Below the pieces are notes generated by a model. That model was not told the DNA's origin. It ran no database searches and worked only from the letters and a program-made list of their open reading frames with translations. A DNA stretch of 64,000 nt from Prorocentrum cordatum (lineage: Eukaryota): assembly GCA_963575745.1 (NCBI GenBank), contig CAUYUJ010000314.1:310001-374000 (forward strand), read 5' to 3'. Numbering within the stretch: the first letter of the stretch is position 1; the number at the start of each line of letters is the position of its first letter. Below are positions 59,922-64,000 of the stretch, one piece after another. The position numbers and the translations under genes were made by a program.

Positions 59922-61470
59922 GCTCTCGGCGCTCTCCGGGCGGAGGGGGCCATCTGCCGGGGCGACGGGAGGCCCTTCGGAGACCCAAAGGGCGACCAGG
60001 ACGCCGCCCAGCCTGGATATGCTCGATCCCCGAGCGTCGGCCCTCGATCGATCGATCGGCGTGGGGAGGCCCGAGCGGTGACCACAGCGCCCCCACGCCT
60101 CGATGTGCTCGATCCTCGATCGATCGACGCTCGATCCTCGATCGATCGACCGACGGGGTTCAGAGTGGGCTCGAGGTGTGCACCACGTCGGTCGGTCGGC
60201 CGCGGAGCCGGGGAGCTCGGCGAGGGCGCTTGGTGCACGGACGCTCCAGCGTCCCCGAGGCTGGGCAGCCGGGGCGCCCAGCCCGAGGCGAGACGCGAAC
60301 GCCCACGCGATCGCGCGGGCGCTCGTGCGCGTGCGCGGGCGCGCGGGAGGGCGGCCTCCTCCTCCTCCTCCTCCTCCTCCTCCTCCTCCTCCTCCTCCTC
60401 CTCCTCCTCCTCCTCCTCCTCCTCCTCCTCCTCCTCGGGCCCGTGGGCCTGCGGGCGCCACGCCCGCAGGCACGCGGGCGGGTGGGCACGCGGGCGGCGC
60501 GGGCCGACGATCGACGCGCGATCCACACCCCCGCTGCTGCCCCCCCAACTCCAGGAGCCCACAGTACGTGCGGTGTCGGAAGCCAGCGCGCGGGTCGTCG
60601 AGGCACGAAGCCGCCGTGTTCAGATGTTTTGACCAGGGGGAGGCAGGTGCGATTTGTCCGTGCCCCCGCTCCAGGCCCTCTCGTTGGGTCGGGGCGTGAG
60701 CAGAGCGCCGCGCGGGCCGAAGAGCAGAGCGCCGCGCGGGGGCGGGCGAGCGAAGCGGGCGGCGCGCCGACGGCGCGCGGACTGCGCGGGTGGTGCGTCG
60801 AGCTCCCTGGCCGACCGGGCCGACTCGGTGTGCACACCGAGCCCCCAGGCATGGACGGGTTGCGGCCACCCGCCCTGGGCTGGTCTTGGTCTCTGGACAT
60901 GCGGACGCAGGTTCGTCTCTCTTCCTCCCTCGTGTTTCCCTTCGTTCCTTCCGCGCCGCCCTCTCTACCCCTTGCTGTCCGGACAGTTCTTGCACGGTGG
61001 ACGCCCCTTCCCACCAGCTGGGAAGGTGGCAGTTTCCTTAATCTATAAGCTGAGCATCGTTCACTTTCCTCGCCCTCTGCTTGGGCACTGCCCAAACATA
61101 TGTATACTACGCGTCGGCCCCGCAAGAGCGACGCGCACGCTCAGAAGTCTTCTAGCACAAGCTCCGTGGCGGGCACGTTCTGGCCATACCGCTCGGGAAG
61201 CGATGCACGACACTATCTGTGCACTGTATGTTCGTGTCGGACGTGCGCTTCCGACATCAGCACATCGTATTAGCATGTCTTGTTGCGCCCCACTTGCTTC
61301 TTCGTGGGGAAAAGCATCGAGCCCCAGGCAGGGCCGAGGGGAAGGGGGGGGGCGGCGCGAGGGGCGCCCTGGCGCTGGCTCCCAAGCTTCCCGGAGAGCC
61401 GTTCGAGCGGGCGCTGGCAGGGGGCGCGGGGGTGGGGTGGAGGGAGGGAGGGAGGGAGGGAGGGGGGGAG

Positions 61471-61746
61471 GACAAGCTAGGTGCGCTCGCGTCATATCTG
61501 ACGTCCTACCCCTCCCTCCCATCCCTTACCATGGCGCTGATTTTCTCTATCCGCGGACGCGTGTCGTAGCGGACCTGTGGCTCCGCGCGCGCGTGCGTAG
61601 TGGGTGGTGGTGCACGTGCGTGCGTGCGTGCGTGTGTGCGTGGTTGTCGTGGTGGTGGTGGTGGTGGTGGTGGTGGTGGTGGTGGTGGTGGTGGTGTGGT
61701 GGTGGTGTGTGGTGGTGGTGGTGGGTGGTGGTGGTGATGGTGGTGG

Positions 61747-61777
<31 letters not shown>

Positions 61778-62197
61778 GGTGGTGTGTGGTGTGGTGGTGC
61801 TGGTGCTGGTGGTGGTGGTGTTGGTGGTGGTGGTGGTGGGTGGTGGTGGTGGTGGTGGCGGTGCGGCGCGGTGGTGGCGGGCGGATGGGCGCGCGAGAAA
61901 AAGGCCCGCGCTGGGGCGAGAACGCCATCCTGAACGACGGAGGCCAAACACCGATCCGAAAATGAGGCCCACGCTGCAGCGGGAGCACGATTCGGAACGA
62001 TTCGGGAGCAGAAATGAGGCCGGCGCCTCAACGAGAGCAGCGTTTTGGGAAAAAATGACGCCGGCGCCTCAGCGAGAGTCGTTTCCCGGGATTTCCCGGG
62101 CATCCTGTGTAAAAAAACAGTACGCGGAGGGTGCGCGGCCATCACCCGGACGCCATCAGGGGAAGAGGGAGAGTATTTTCACATTGAGTAATTGTGG
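61471..62197 (+). mobile_element. Young dispersed repeat with an internal (GGT)n tract, copy B
   Basis: Near-identical to 32076-32730. Confidence 0.85.
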
Positions 62198-62545
62198 AGC
62201 AGGAGGAGGAGGAGGAGGAGGGAGGAGGAGGAGGAGGAGGAGGAGGAGGAGGAGGAGGAGGAGGAGGAGGAGGGGAAGGAGCATGAGGAGGAGGAGGAGG
62301 ACGAGGAGGAGGAGGAGGAGGAGGAGGAGCAGGAGGAGGAGGGCCTCGTCTGAACGACCCAATGGCCCACAGCTCGAGGCTCGAAGGAGGAGGGCCCCCC
62401 CCGAAGAGGCCGCGCCGCAGGGCCACCGCGGGGGAGGCCGCCCTGCGACTGCGGCGCTGGCCTCGCCCGCCGCGCCAGGGCCAGCGGGCGGTGCGGGCGC
62501 CGCCGCCGCCGCGCCCGACGAGGCAGGGCTTCGGCCCGAGAACTT

Positions 62546-62727
62546 TCAGGACGTCACCACCCACCAAACCACCCCAACCCAACCCGAAGGCCTCAAATTG
62601 CCCTCCATTTCCAGTTGGGGGTGGGTCGGGGAACACTGAAAAAAACACATATGGAACCCGTACCCCCCCCAACCCGAAATTGGGGTCTTCGGGTTGGGTT
62701 GGGGTGGTCTGGTAGGTAGTCAGGACG
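62546..62727. mobile_element. ~165-bp MITE-like hairpin element flanked by the 8-bp direct repeat TCAGGACG
   Basis: Inverted arms 62557-62600 and 62677-62719 (ACCACCCCAACCCAACCCGAAG and its reverse complement). TCAGGACG lies at 62546-62553 and 62720-62727. Confidence 0.7.
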
Positions 62728-64000
62728 CACAAAACAGAAGCACAGACACAATGAATCGTCGATTGCCAAGGACGCACGGGAAGCGGCAGGGAAGGCGAGC
62801 AGCCAGAAGATGTGGAGGGTGTGGGGAATCCTCGGACTCGTGCTCGCGTATTTGTGTGCTCCTGGGCCCCTTCGAACCCAGACACGTGTAGCGTCCCGAG
62901 GGCACCCCAGGCGCCGCCGCCGAGCCTGGCCAGGGGCGTCCTGCGCGGACCCCGCCTGCCCCAGGCAGGCGGGGGCCAGAGTGTCGGCCAGAGCGCCGCC
63001 CCGCCACGCTTCGCCCAGGAAGGCCCTGGCCCGGCACGGCGGTGGTGTGCACCCAGACGTGCCACGTGCTCAGAATACGAGGACGGGTCTTCTCCACTCT
63101 CGGCCTGTCGGGGCCCCTGCCAGGCCTTGGGTCGACGACGCGTGCAACCCTCCTCCACCTCCTCCTCCTCCTCCTCCTCCTCCTCCTCCTCCTCCTCCTC
63201 CTCATGCTCCTTCTCCTCCTCCTGCTCCTCCTCCTCCTCCTGCTCCTCCTCCTCCTCCTCCTCCATCCCCTCCTCCATCTCCATCTCCTCCTCCTCCTCC
63301 TCCTCCTCCTCCTCCTTTTCCTCCTCCTCCCCCTCGCCCCCGAGTTTCCATGCCGACGGGCGCGCGCGCAGCGCGGCCCGCGCAGCCGTGCAGCGCCCCG
63401 AGAGAACGTGTCGGGGCGGAGCTGTGCTCTGTCTCCGGCCTCGGGGGGGCCCTGCAAGACGAAGCCAGGACGAGGACGCATTCCGGGGTGGCTAAGCCGG
63501 GAACCTCTGAGATCCGACGGCTCTGGAGGATGTCTCGGGCGCCGCGGCCTCCTCCGAGCGTTCCGAAAAACGCACTGGGAGCGTTCCGGAGGGCTCTGGG
63601 AGGGATTTGCCCTCGTTCCAGCCCCGCCCGATCCTGCCGGGGCCTTGGGGCCGTCAACACACGGCTCAGGACGAGAAGCCTGGCTCGGAGCAGTGGTCGG
63701 GGCTTGCGGGGAGCCGGTGCGGAAAGAAGCGGGACCTCTCGTGTCTGGGAATGGGCACGTCCAGCCGTCCCTGATGGGTTCCGAGCAGATGGGCTCGGAG
63801 GATCGCGCGCATGCGGAGCCCAATTTTCTCCAGGCCGACCTCGGAGATGAATCGCCGACGTCGCCGTTGCGTCACCGATGTGTCGCCGATGCATCGGCGA
63901 TGCGTCGGCGATGCGGCGCAATCCTCCGACCCCATCTACTCGGACCCCATCTGGGAGGCCTCTACATACCGCCTCGAGATCAAACGCAAGTTTCTCCCAC

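Noticed and set aside
56341..64000. Long overlapping R/A/P/G-rich ORFs, e.g. 58910-61048 and 60654-62639
   Set aside because: They are open on several frames because of high GC and repeats, and show no recognisable motifs.

Overview
This is eukaryotic, GC-rich, very repeat-dense DNA. A GC-AG intron with AG|G junctions and the style of the LINE remnants suggest a dinoflagellate, but that is inference. Most ORFs in the supplied track are artefacts of microsatellites. Two loci carry real coding signal. (1) About 1.8-9.4 kb holds a compact co-oriented unit: a large protein ending in a degenerate beta-class amino-DNA-methyltransferase-like fold, then a Ser/Thr kinase split by one 741-nt GC-AG intron and joined across a frameshift to an AlkB-like 2OG-Fe(II) dioxygenase. 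Ten same-strand copies of CTGCAACAG are spread over this unit, in all three reading frames and in non-coding DNA. (2) About 45.0-52.3 kb holds one apparently intronless, frameshift-broken reading frame of roughly 2,400 codons: a Upf1-like SF1 helicase, a candidate RNase III-like domain, two CxxC...CxxC zinc fingers and a Trp/Gly-rich tail. It lies between oppositely oriented arrays of a GAGGATGTCTCAGGCGAAA motif. The rest consists of two LINE 3' remnants, MITE/foldback-like inverted repeats, dispersed repeats, satellites and microsatellites. No rRNA, tRNA or true CRISPR array was seen. All domain calls come from motifs read by eye.
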